Assembly: GCA_951406725.2 (NCBI GenBank)
Contig: OX597818.1
Coordinates: forward strand, 76,756,001-76,820,000
Length of the DNA: 64,000 nucleotides
Direction: 5' to 3'
Source of the DNA: Octopus vulgaris
Taxonomy: Eukaryota
Both the position numbers and the translations under genes were made by a program. The notes under the pieces are model-generated. The model searched no databases and had not been told where the DNA came from. It saw only the letters and a program-made list of their open reading frames with translations. Positions 1 through 12,750 of the stretch are shown here, piece after piece (the stretch's first letter is position 1; the number at the start of each line of letters is the position of its first letter).

Positions 1-544
1 AGAGCTGGAGTATTGATGGTGGTGTTAATGAAGGAAAATTTACATATGCTGATGATGATGATGACAATTGTGGACCTGGCAGCGTCATTGTTATACCAGC
101 AGTGGTGGTTAATCACATACAATACTATTAGCAGCTATATGTCCTTAGTTACCCTATTTCTAAATGCCTGATGAATTTGTTTCCCATGTTTCACACTTAA
201 CCCTGCTCCCCTTTTATGTCCTATACCTATCCATCTACTAACCCGGCTACCTACCCCTAATGGTGCTGTGTCCCCTACCTTTTCCCACCCACCTACCTAC
301 TTCTGCTCCTTACAACATTAGAATTAAACTCTTTCTTCATCTTGATATTCCAAAAGTCATGTTATGTTAAATTATTACATGAATTTGTGTTGAATATCCT
401 TATTTTCCACTTGGAAATCTATGTTCATGCCATCATCATTTCCAAGTAAATGTATATGAATATATGCCCAGAGACCTACCTCAGAAATCTGCTTCTATCC
501 TACAGCTTACTTGAGTTCACATGACATTCTTTAAGAAATCATTG

Positions 545-630
<86 letters not shown>
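545..630. repeat. (CT)n microsatellite
   Basis: Read directly; one of dozens of (CT)n, (TA)n and (GT)n tracts in the window. Confidence 0.98.
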
Positions 631-633
<3 letters not shown>

Positions 634-2349
634 TCACACTTGGGTTCAGATTCAGTCCCACTCATGCAGCACCTTGGGCAAGTGTCTTTTACTATAACCC
701 CAGGCTGGCCAATGCTTTGTTGGTAATTGCGGTTGCCAGAGACTAAAAGAAGCCCATTGTGTGTGTGTGTGTGTTTTTTGGGTTTTTGTTTTAGCTTGCA
801 TTCACACCCAGTGGAAGTTCTGAGCTACAATTGAATACCATTTTGATAATTCTATGTATGTTGTGAGCATAACAGCCTAATGTTCCTTTTTATTCTTTAC
901 TCCTGGTGTTTTAATAGCTACAGATCCATAATGCTCTGACATACACCTCAATAAATATTAATTACTGTGCACATTAGCATCTATTTAACAAGTCATTATA
1001 ATGATGATATTTCAAATATTTGTCTAATCCTTAAAGGGAAGGAGAAGCAGAGAGATGGAGGGGGGAGAAAGAGAGATAACAGGAAATCTAGATATATTGA
1101 AGCTTTAAAAACATCATGTAACAGATTGTTTTAAATTGCTCAGTCCCTCTCCCTCTGCTTCTTTCTCATTCTCTCTCATACAGTTTGGACCCATGGAATC
1201 AACTTTAGACTACACAATCCTAGTGTGATGAAACCCCATACTTCAAGACTCCCATGTAGAATGTATCCTGTTTGAGGATGAGGAAACTGAGACTTTACAA
1301 ATGGTTATGGTAGTTCCTGCATTAGTATTTGTCTCAAATATCACCATCTCATCTTTAGCAAATCCATTTACTATACCCCTGGTCAAATTTGAAATAGACA
1401 CAAATTGTGTAGAAGCCTGTTAGATTAACTGTTGCTGTAATTTAAATGTCCAGTCTTGTCACACTTGCCTGTGTTGTGGTGGTTCTACTTGAGAATTACA
1501 TTATGGATATATGTATCTGTGAAATAGTCAGTTACTTTTCTCACTAATTCACTGACTAGGTATATATTTCATTGACCAACTGGACACTCATACATTGAAA
1601 TCAACAGGGGAGACTGTCGTGTGTGTGTTTGTGCATGGATGCAGGCATGTGTGTGTATATGTATATATGCTCATGTATATGTATGCATATGTATGTGTAC
1701 ATATAAATATTTATGTATGTGCATATATGTGTGTGTATATACATGTATATATGATTATATATGTGTGCGTTTGCATATATATGTATACATACATATTGTG
1801 TCTTCGACTGCCAGATTAATTACCTTCTGAAGATTGGGCTAGGTGATATTGCACATGCTTTTGGTTTCGGATTCAGTGTGTGTCATCGTGATTGAGAAGC
1901 AAACATGCTTGCATCTATATGGACCTACAGGGTGACCCATTGATATTTCTTAATTATTCAACTTAAGGTAGGATTATGAAATGTTCTAATGTAAATTGTC
2001 AATCCATTGCAGTAATTACATTTCAAAATGACCACCTTTCACCTTGATCATAACCTGCAAATGAGCAGTCACTGAGATGCATGAGCCCCATACCACTTCT
2101 TCATCCAACTTGACCCTTGAAGACAGAAGGGCTTTTTTCAAATTTGAATAGGATCAAGCCAGAGTCATGCAAATAATAACTACTATATTGCTAATTATGT
2201 TACTTAGTGTAGTCATCAATATACTTAAAGAAAAATGGTTTTTGAAGGGGAAAAAATTATAACTGTTGGTATGTTATTGTCAGTGTTAGATGCAATAATT
2301 ATTATAAAAATATGAATGTTGAAAATAATATAATTATAACTATTATATA

Positions 2350-2626
2350 AGGCCTCATGGAAGCAATGACCAAGACCTTTGGCATTATGTCATGCTTGAG
2401 AAGACCCATCAAGCCATGCAAAATCACAGTCATAGCAGATACTGGTGTCACGCAAATGGCATGTAAAAGGACCCATTTCACTCTCAGAGTGGTTGGCGTT
2501 AGGAAGGGCATCCAGCTGTAGAAAACCATGCCAAATCAGACTGGAGTCTGGTGCAGCCTTCCAGCCCTGGTCAAACTGTCCAACCCATGCCAGCACAGAC
2601 AACGGACGATAAATGATGATGATGAT
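2350..2626 (+). mobile_element. RTE LINE 3' end
   Basis: ggcgttaggaagggcatccagctgtagaaa...ccaacccatgccagca...(gat)n is the same tail as at 49081. More copies lie near 7800-8110(-), 34730-34865(+), 39030-39545(+) and 45970-46300(-). Confidence 0.75.
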
Positions 2627-5600
2627 AGGCATTAGTATAGCTATGGGATTAAGAAGTTTGCTTTCCAACCATGTAATTTGGGGTTCAGTCCCACTTAGTT
2701 GCACCTTGGGCAAGTATCTTCTTCAATAGCTCTTGTGAGTGAATCTGGCCAACAGATACTAAAAGAAACCTTTCAGTTGTGTATATATATGTGTGTATAT
2801 ATGCATGTGTGTCTTACTAAAGTTATAAGCAGTATTGTTGTTGTCATTTTGCATTTTCACAGATATGTGCAATAAGAGATCTCTTACTTGAAAAACAAGT
2901 AAGAGCTAGAGACAGGAAGGGCATCTAGCTGTAATACAACACTTCAGTAATGTATTTGTCTAATGTGTGTTAGCATGGAAAAACAGACACAAAACAAATG
3001 AATAAAGGAACAAGACAAAGCTAGTTTATAAACTGTAGCCACATGGGTATAACTTAGTTGAATCCATGGTGAATGCTGGACTTATTATAATTATTTGAGC
3101 TTTGTTTTTTTTTTATACTGTTTTCAAGAATATCTGTTGCTAATGAAACAGTTAATTAAAACAACTACTGCTAATGAATAAATATTTACTAGCTAGAGAG
3201 TTGTACATTGAATTATAGACGGCATGTGTTTGTAACAATATAAAATATAAGCAATTACTCTATCCTTTGTAGATGAGTCCCTAGAGGTGTAAAATGAAAA
3301 CACACCACACCTATATATCTAGAAGTTGTCCTTAATGAAGCAGACAAAATGCCGCTAAATTCATTATATCATGTTCACTTCAAATGATTTTATTTATGTT
3401 TAAAATCTCCTCTTGTGCACACCATAAATTAAATGGCTATCTTGAGATAAAGAATTTGCACCAGTTCTTAAGCTTTGAAAGGAATTACTTCAATTCTTCA
3501 AATGAAATAGTTCCCAACAGAAAGTTAATGAGTTCTTTTCAATCAATTCCTACTTCTTTAAAGGACTGGTAAACATCACTAAGAGGATCTTTTTATTTTT
3601 CCCCAAATTAAATGATTTTATTCTTTCATTTCAGTGAATGTTTGTTTTACTTTTTGCAACAAATAAAATTTCTTAATTAAAGATAAAGTGGAAATTTGGA
3701 GTTCAATGAAGAAAAGATATATATTCGATTGGTTGATTACATTCTGCAGGAATTAGATCATGTGTTGTAGTGTAGGGGGTATATAATGTTATTTTGTAAT
3801 ACCTCAATAACTTGCAAACAACAAAGTATTGTTCCTGATCTTACTGATATTCACGCAGATATTTTAAACCATATCCAGAAAAGGGCCACTGATAGACACA
3901 TCTAGTACAGAAAATACCACAGAGGACTGCATTTATCAACCAGTCCTAAAACTAACTTTGTTCATATAGGATGTAGCAAAACAAAAACCCCCTTAGAATC
4001 ATCATTCTTGATACATGTTTCAAATGCATGGCATGTACCAGTTTAAAATAATGATGTTAACTGAAAAAAAAAAAGAGAAAAAAAAAACATGCAACATGCT
4101 ACATGAAGACACCATCACCATCTGCTCAACTTCACTAGCATCACATCAACAGCTGTGTGAAATATGGGAGTTGTTTTTTGTTGTTTTTTTTCTGCCACAT
4201 CCTGTAAACATATTGAAGATGTGAGGAACCTTCTGATAGAAGGTAGAAAACTCTAATCCTTGTATCATTCATTTCTGTTCTGTAACAGGATCTTTTCAGG
4301 ACTGGGCATTTAACTTAGAAATATCTTCAACAGGATGTTAAGAGTTAACAGAACCTTATAAGATGAAGGTGAATTTTGTTACAGTGAGTTACAGTGAGTT
4401 AAGGATTGCCAACAACCCTTAAGAATATTTTGAAAGATATGCAAGAATAACTTTTATTTCTTTATTACTCGTTTCAGTTATTGCACTGTGGTTATGCTGG
4501 TGCACTGCCTTAAAAAGCTTTAGCCAAACAGATCAATTATATTACTTATTTGAAGGTTGTTACTTAGTTTGTCAGTCTTATTTTATTTATTTATTTATTT
4601 TGGGGAGCAGAACTGTTGTTCTTTTTCACATATTGTTGATGGTGTACAATCTGGCTCAGTTTCTATGACTAATGTAGTTGTTTGTGTTATTTATCTCAGC
4701 AGACCTATGATCAAAGATACTCTAGCCATGATCATGTTGCTGTTGTTTAACCCCAGGTCAATCTTGTTGAAGGTGGTATTCCAGCATGGTCACACAGTCA
4801 GATGAATCAAAACCCATAGAAGAATTAAAGATGTTTGTTTGAGAGCTATAACTATGTGTTACTTGGAGCTGTTGTTGTGATGTAATATGGCTGTTGTTGC
4901 TAATTAATGTTAATTTTGTGGATTATGATGGGTATTAAAAGAGAATAGGAAAATGGTTACTGTGTGTGTGTGTGTGTGTGTGTAGTTAACAAGATAGCTT
5001 TTCAAACTTGTGCTTTTGAGTTCACTCTTAGTGTGCAACACCTTGAGCAAATGTCTTTTGTCCTGGGTTAACCAAAGCTTCAAAAAGAAGCCCAGTGTGT
5101 GTATGTGTGTGAATCTACTTGTTTTGACATCACATGATAATTGTAAGCAAGGATAACTTTCAGCCATGCAGTACTGGTTGATGGAGGAAAACTTCTCATA
5201 TTATTATGACTAGATGTTCTCAACAGTTTATGCCAGCAGATGAGGGAAATGCCAGATGCATGGCTATGAAGGCACAATTCGACCTTAACTTAGAATCTGC
5301 AACATTCCCTTACAGTTTCATCTCCACATTCTGCCTGTCTCTTGCTTCATGTACTGCAGAGGAAGATCTTGAAATCTCAGTGTGTGGGTCTCCTTGTGGC
5401 AAGTCATGATCCACCTTAATCAAGCCCATGCCATCAGCTTTCTTCTTTTCTATGATTCTGGATTTGCTGTTTCTACTGCTTGCCTTACTTACCTGCTTCT
5501 TCTTTCCATGCTTGAACCAAGACTTGTAAAGTGCAACGGCGATGGGATAAGGATAACAGGTGCAGGTTTAGGTGAAACTGGGAGCTCATAGTCTGGACCT

Positions 5601-5826
5601 ACACTGCTGGCAGTAAGTGTGTGATGATTTCCTTTCCAAAACCTGGTGACTGCTTGGGATATCAGTCCTGCACTGTATATATTTTATATGTATGGATGTG
5701 TGTGTGTGTGTGTGTATAAATGTACTTACACACACATGTATATATACATTTATGTATATATACACACCAATATATGTATGCATATATATTTACATATACA
5801 CACGTACATACATATATATACACACA

Positions 5827-5867
<41 letters not shown>

Positions 5868-6242
5868 ATACACATATATATGCACACACATACATATATA
5901 TACACTTATATAAATACTTGTAGAATAGTGGTAGTTGGGGAGTGTGTGTGTTTTCCATAGTAATATATTCTTTTGAAATAACACACCATTAAAACAGCTT
6001 TACTATTTCATGATACCATGTCTTGTAGACCGAACCTAAAAAGTTTCTATTTCTAAATCAGACCTTGATGCTGCCTCCTGTCTTTACCAAAATGCCAAAT
6101 AAACACCTCTGATTTAAAACCTCAATTTTTACTGGAGTATATCAGCTGAATCAAGAAATATTTGTCCTTCAAACTGACTTCATTCCTACAGCATGAACAC
6201 ACATTTAAATCAAAGCTACTTTTTATCTTAGTTCCACTTCCC

Positions 6243-6300
<58 letters not shown>

Positions 6301-9229
6301 GTGTGTGTATGTGTGTGTGTATACTTATATATAGACACATTCACAACACTTCCTTTTCGTACTATCAAACAGAAAGAAAACGTATGTATGCATCAAGATG
6401 AATATATACAAATGTATATACACACGCACATACATACATACATGCATGCATGTATACATGCACACACACATACATCCATCTATACAACAATCTCTATCTT
6501 TGTCACCTACTTAACCAAGTTTGTTTTAGTATTCATTACTAAATGTCTGTTACTGTTTCTAATTTGTTTCCTAATATGTTAGGTTTTCTATTAATGACCA
6601 GACTAACTTCTATTTGTACCATGTGTTATGTGTGTGGGGGTGGTGGAAGGAGTAAAGGAAGGGAGAAGAAAAGAGAGAAAGGCTGTATTTTAACATCTAT
6701 TTAGAAGTAGGAATCTGTATATTATTGGTGATGATGCTAAACTGGTTTTGCATATTTTCACAGCAGTCACTGTTAAATGGAAGCATTCTAATGGCAAATC
6801 TCTGCTTTCGTGTTATGATGGTGATTGGGGTGGGGATACCAGGTCAGGCAGGCAAAGATTTCATTTCTGTCTGTGGCCAAAACATTCCGCAGACATATGA
6901 TCGAAGGTGTTCAATCCACAATCATCCCATCTTTTTCCCTAAGGTATAGAGTACTGTCCCTTGGCTTGAGTGAGGGTCTGAACAATTTGATACAAGTACT
7001 AGGGACAAAAATGGTGATGGGCTGGGCTCAGCTGATTGCCTTGATTTTCAAAAATATTTATTCTGTGTGCCAATTGTCTTGTAATGTTAGCGATCAAAAT
7101 GTTATTTCAACATTCTATATTATGTTGATGAAAGAGATTCGATGGCACTTGTCCTGTCAGCAGCCAACTTTTCATGGCATTTTTAGTTTTTTTAAACCAT
7201 AGCAAGGTGACATTGAAAATACAATAGTAAAAGAAGTGGGAGGGCAATTAAAAAAAATCTACGAAGCAATGGTACAGAGCATATACAACTAAATTATCCT
7301 GAAAACACACCTGCCTGCTGGGGACTTGGTCCAGATTCTAGTAACAGATTGAAATCAACTAAAGACACCCAAAGACTAGGTCGTGTTAATCTGGACAATG
7401 GATTAAAACTATCAGACATTTGTAACAGCTCATTTATCTTCAACATGGTTAGCAAACAGTCCTTTAAATGTTAGCACTGCTTTGTGAATTAGTGAGACAA
7501 AGTTCTGGGTTTTCTCATACTACTTAGCACAACATTAGTACCTTTGGTAAATAGGAACTGTGCAGAAGCCTAGCATGTGTGTGTCAAAAACAGATTAATA
7601 AATATAGCCAATATAATAACTATCAAAGTAAAATAACCCTGTTGCCTGATTTAACATCACCACCCGGTCCTTGGCAGCCCTCGCTGTTGTCCATTTCATC
7701 ACAAGCATTTAAGCCAAGGTTTTCATCTGAAGCTAACTTCCTCCCACTTGTCTTGGGACCCTTGAAAAAGGACGTGGGCAGCACTGTTCTTCAAATCATC
7801 ATCATCTTTTAATGTCCTCTTTCCATGCTGGCATGGGTTGGATGGTTTGATGGAGGACTGGTAAGCCAGAAGACTGCACTAGGCTCCAATCTATTCTGGC
7901 AAGGTTTCTATGGCTAGATGCCCTTCCTAATGCTAACCAGTCTGAGAGTGTAGTGGATGCTTTTTATGTGGCATTGGCATGGAGGCGAGTCAGGCAGCAC
8001 TGGCATCGATCACACTCGAATGGTGCTTTTTATGTGCCACTGGCACAGGAACCAGTCAGGCGGCACTGGCATTGACCGCTCTCAGATGGTACTTTTTACG
8101 TGCCACATAAGAAAAATGTCCTGGGTGTGATTTGTTGGAATAAAAGTCTTGAAGGCAATTTCTCAGAGCTCTAACAGTTTATTAATTTGCTGCCTTGTGT
8201 ACTCTGTAATGATTTTTATATTCATACAGAGAGAGAGGGAGAACAGGAGCAGGTCTGATTACTTTAAGGAAGGTGTTCATTAGTTAAAAGAATGATAGGT
8301 GTAACAAGTTTATTGTTATGGGAAGGTATTAGTTGGAAGACTAACAGAGACAGTGTTTGGGAAAGGACTAATAGAAGGAAAAGAAAAATAGTGAGGTGAG
8401 GTGTTAGTGTGAGGGAGTTGGAGAATTATAAAGATGGCACTGGAGAGAATTGAGTGGGAGGAGATTTAGAGCCTACGTTTAATTTTTATTCTTTATATTG
8501 CTGTCTCCCCGTAAAACTTTATACCATTTTAAAATGAAAAGTATCAAAAACAAATATAAGATAGAAAAATTTTTTTCTCTTACCATTTCATATCCAAATC
8601 AAAGTCTATCTTATTTTACTAGTTTAGAGAAATATCTAAAATCTTTGAATCATATATTGAACCAAGTACCAAAAGTTTAATTTCCTGGAACTACAATTTC
8701 TGTTCAGTCTTTGCTGTCTATATACATTGTTTAATATGTATAGCATCAGAATAGAAAAACAGAAACAAACTGCGAATGTCTTGGTTGAACAGTTTTCACC
8801 AGCTATTTATAAACATATAATGTTGTCTTGATATTGTATAGGCTTGTTATATATCTTTTATTTGTTGTGATGTTATTAGTACTAATGTTGGTATCAACTT
8901 AGATTTTATTAGTCTGCTGCAGCCTGTAATCTCACTGTTTTGACAGCTTTACAGGCGTGGCTGTGTGGTTAAGAAGCTTCTCAACCATGTCGTCTCAGGT
9001 TCAGTTCCATCGCATGGCCACTTCTTTTATAACCCTGAACCAACCAAAATCTTGTGAGTAGATTCAGTTAATGGAAACTGAAAAAATCAAACTGTATATT
9101 TGAGGAGGGTATTCATGCCTTCCTTTTCTTATCATGATATTGTGTTCTGATTGTAAGCACACATAATTGTGATACAAGTGTATCATTTGTTTGCAATGTG
9201 TGTATATATATATATATATATAAAACTGA

Positions 9230-9480
9230 GTATGTCTGTCTGTGTGTCTGTATGTGTGCATTACTAAAACTCGAGAACTACCCTACCAATTTCATTGAAA
9301 TTTTACACATGCCCTACTTAGAGTCAATGCAGTGTCATGGACCAAAAAAATTTTCAACTTCTTGCCTAATGTCTTATCTCTTGTACTATTTCAGTTTTAC
9401 GTGTCAAAAGTGAAACAATAACATCTCTATTGTAATGTGGGATAATACTTTCAGTTTTTAATAGTGAAACTATGAACTTT
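9230..9480 (+). mobile_element. Possible Helentron/DINE-1-like non-autonomous fragment
   Basis: A (CTGT)-like tract is followed by ctcgagaacta..ccaatttcattgaaattttacaca, a motif order recalled from such elements. Termini are not resolved. Confidence 0.3.
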
Positions 9481-9484
9481 CACT

Positions 9485-9750
9485 ATGTATGTATATATAT
9501 ATGTATGTATGTAGGTATGTATGTATTAGTTTCATTTCTATTACTTTCACCATGATATATTTACGTATGTATATGTATGTATTTATATGAATGTATACAT
9601 ATATATGTATAAATATATATATTGATGTATATATATGTATTTATATGAATGTATGTATGTATATTTATGTATTTATATGAATGTATGTATGTATATTTAT
9701 GTATTTATATGAATGTATGTATGTATATTTATGTATTTATATGAATGTAC

Positions 9751-9804
<54 letters not shown>

Positions 9805-9860
9805 AAATATATATATATGTGTGTGTTTCTATATATATATATGTATGTATGTATATTGTA
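9485..9860. repeat. Compound TA/TATG microsatellite with a ~30-bp higher-order repeat
   Basis: atgtatgtatgtatatttatgtatttatatga is repeated, followed by pure (TA)n at 9752-9800. Confidence 0.9.
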
Positions 9861-9927
9861 AGTCAGCAATCCAACTGACTTTTTTACCCCTGCAGATATA
9901 AAAACAGAGGTAGTGATGATAAGTTAC

Positions 9928-10050
9928 ATCAATATAAAGGAAGACGATGTAACAAGGGCTATAGATGAAATGAACCCAAACTAAGCTACTTGCCCTGATG
10001 GATTCCCTGCAATCTTTCTAAAAGCTTGTTAGCAAGTCCTAGCAAGACCA
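9928..10050 (+). mobile_element. LINE RT N-terminal fragment (left arm of an inverted duplication)
   Basis: Translates INIKEDDVTRAIDEMNPN*ATCPDGFPAIFLKAC*QVLARP, which contains the GPDG motif preceding non-LTR RT domains. Confidence 0.75.
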
Positions 10051-10130
10051 TATATGTGTGTGTGTGTGTGTGTGTGCATATCGTTGGCGATTTTCTTTCT
10101 CTGTCTTCCATTCTTTGGTCTTTTTCTATA

Positions 10131-10163
10131 TTTCTGACGAAGAGCTCCGCTCAAAACGTGAAA
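10131..10163 (+). ncRNA. Degenerate minimal hammerhead motif in a short dispersed repeat
   Basis: ttt-CTGACGA-a-gagc-tcc-gctc-aAAA-cg-Tg-aaa, with GAAA mutated to AAAA. A homologous copy lies on the - strand at about 38953-38988. Confidence 0.5.
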
Positions 10164-10579
10164 TTCTCTTTCTTTTCATTCATTTCCTGAGCGTCCAATA
10201 ACACTGTATTTATTCCACGTCCTTGCGTTGTCATTTTTTCTTGCTTGCTTATGTTTGGATTAGCTATATATATCCATATTTATATATATAAATTTTTTTC
10301 ATAATGAGACAAAAAACCAAGGCTGCATAGATTTTAGAACATTTATAGATAGAAAGTAAAAACTTCTATCTATAAATGATCTAAAATCTACTCAGCCTTG
10401 ATTTTTTTTTTATTTCATTACAAAAAAAATTTTCATATACACACGCTGACTTATGACCAACGTTGAACCCCTTATTCACAAAATCACCGAATTTGGAACT
10501 TTACTATGGTCTATTTATAGTATTTATTCAGCATTACCTGACACCTTTGGATCCCAATGACACCATTACCTCTCTCTCT

Positions 10580-10620
<41 letters not shown>

Positions 10621-10623
<3 letters not shown>

Positions 10624-10743
10624 TCTTGCTAGGACTTGCTTACAAGCTTTTAGAAGGATTGCTGGGAATCCATCAGGGCCAGAATCTTAGCTTGGGTTCA
10701 TTTCATCTATAGCCCTTATTACATCGTCATCCTTTATATTGAT
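10621..10743 (-). mobile_element. LINE RT fragment (right arm, reverse complement of 9928-10050)
   Basis: 123 bp with 9 mismatches to the left arm by manual alignment; reads SGPDGFPAILLKACKQVLARP. Confidence 0.8.
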
Positions 10744-10888
10744 TTTTCTTCTGTCTGGGTGTTTTTCTCTCTACAGAATAGTAAGTTGCATTATGGAACA
10801 GTCATTTTAACGAGATTTTTTATTTATTTATCACCCGATAAGATACATCTGCACCACCGGACACTCCTGAACCAGTTTTTGTGTGTCC

Positions 10889-10931
10889 CACATGAGGAGT
10901 CGATGCTAGATTTGTCGAAACAATTGTTGTG
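10889..10931 (+). ncRNA. Degenerate minimal hammerhead motif
   Basis: cac-aTGAGGA-gtcg...tgtc-GAAA-c-aatt-g-TT-gtg, with stem I cac/gtg and palindromic stem III. The first core C is mutated. Confidence 0.45.
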
Positions 10932-12460
10932 ATTAATAATATATTCTCATATATTCCATCTTCTGTCTTTCATTTGTTATTTATATATATATATATATAT
11001 ATGTTTGTTGTTTACACACTTGTCTTCGTCTTTTTTTTTGTAAATTCTCACGTACAAACATTTTTTTTTCTTTTGAAAATTAGTATTCATTTCACTGTTT
11101 TGTTCAAGTGCCAGGGAATTTGGGAAAGATAAATTATAATTATTGTATGCATGTCATATTTCCTGATATTACCCATAATGACAAAGATATACTTCCAACA
11201 TTACTCTCATATGATGGGTAACACTCTTGTAAAGAAAAAATTACTCAGACCAGTATTGATAATACAGACTACAGAGAAAAAGAACTGAATTCAATATCTT
11301 ATAGTACAAATTTTCTTTACATTCTTGTTTAGCCTCCAGATTAATGCTTATCTAGTAGATCTATGATCTCAATGATTTCCACCTCGGAACATCACATCTT
11401 ATTTTCAGATTTAAATATAACTAGAACTAAATAATCAGACAACATCCTGTGGGAGATCTAACTGCTATTTCTAGCAGGTCAAATCATTGTTTAAGAGGCT
11501 TCAGTGTAACAAATTCCTCTAGAGTTGAAATAGAAAAAATATGTCAGTAATGTACAAATCTATAGACAAAGTTATTGAACTTAAAATAACTAAAACTGGT
11601 CCACGTTGAAATTTGATGGTTCAACAAAAACAAATAAAGAAAATAACATTCTGTCTCCTCAAAACTTATAAAAACTTACAAGTAACTACTATTTAACATC
11701 CAGGGGAATTATATCAGTTACCTGACTGCAGGGGTGTAATGAAAATGTTGGTACTTCAAGGAGTGAGATAGGTCTTGATTTCATTAAGCCCTTGAATGGA
11801 ACATATTTTAATTACCTTGAAAAGAGATGAACTTAATATAGAGATCTAAGCCATTAGATAATTTTGCCTAGTACTCTCCTACTTCTGACTTATGTTGCTT
11901 TCTAAATAATAAATAATAATAATAATAAAAATAAAAATACTGCTTTTAATTTTTGAGGTAAGTCAATAATGTCAATCCCAGTGCTCAGCTGGTACTTATT
12001 TCTATCAAGCCCGGAAGAATGAAAGCCGAAGTTGTCTTTGGCAGTTTTTGAACTTGGAACATAAATAGCCAGAAGAAATGTCACAAAGCATTTTCCTGAT
12101 GCAGTAACAATTTCTACCAACTTGCTGCTTTGATAATAATAATAAGCAATTACATCATGGAAGCAGCACTGTGGCCGTCGGAGAATATGCTAAAACTGTT
12201 CAATTCAATTTCCATTAAAGAATGTGTGTGTATGAATATGTGTATAATGTATGTATGAAAAGTGTGTGTGCTGTGTGTGTGTGTATATACATATATATAT
12301 ATATTTTATACACAAACACACACACAGAATTTGAGGAAGCAATATCCCCATAAGAGATTGTTAAAAAAACAATAAAATGAACCAAGCATCTTTTATATTT
12401 TTCTTTTATTGACTTTTTAATTATATATATATATATGTGTGTATGTATGTATGTATGTTT

Positions 12461-12750
12461 GAAGGTGCATGGCTTAGTGGTTAGAGTGTTGCACTCATGA
12501 TTGCAAGATCGTGGGTTCGAATCCCAGACCTGGCATTGCATTATGTTCTTGAGGAAAGCACTTCATTTCACATTGCTCTGCGATCATTTTGTCATCTGAC
12601 ATGGTGCACCTGTACAGGTAATGTTGATTTGACGTAGGGAGTGAGCTTATGTGAACACAAACATTTGATCTCTATAAACAAATCATCTGTGTGGTTGTTT
12701 GACAAGATTTTGCCAAACTCTCATGCATTGTCTAATGACTGGAGAGTCCA
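12461..12750 (+). mobile_element. tRNA-derived SINE family C
   Basis: A box tggcttagtgg and B box ggttcgaatcc, then gttcttgag..agcacttcatttcacattgctc. Related heads occur at about 24910, 40301 and 61555. Confidence 0.75.

Noticed and set aside
1595-1830. ORFs rich in Y/I/C/V/H/T (also near 5646, 9713, 13021, 42222 and 62519)
   Set aside because: They are translations of TA/GT/CA microsatellites with no protein signal.
12461-12535. tRNA gene-like A and B boxes
   Set aside because: There is no full cloverleaf and the sequence continues into a repeated body, so it is a SINE head.
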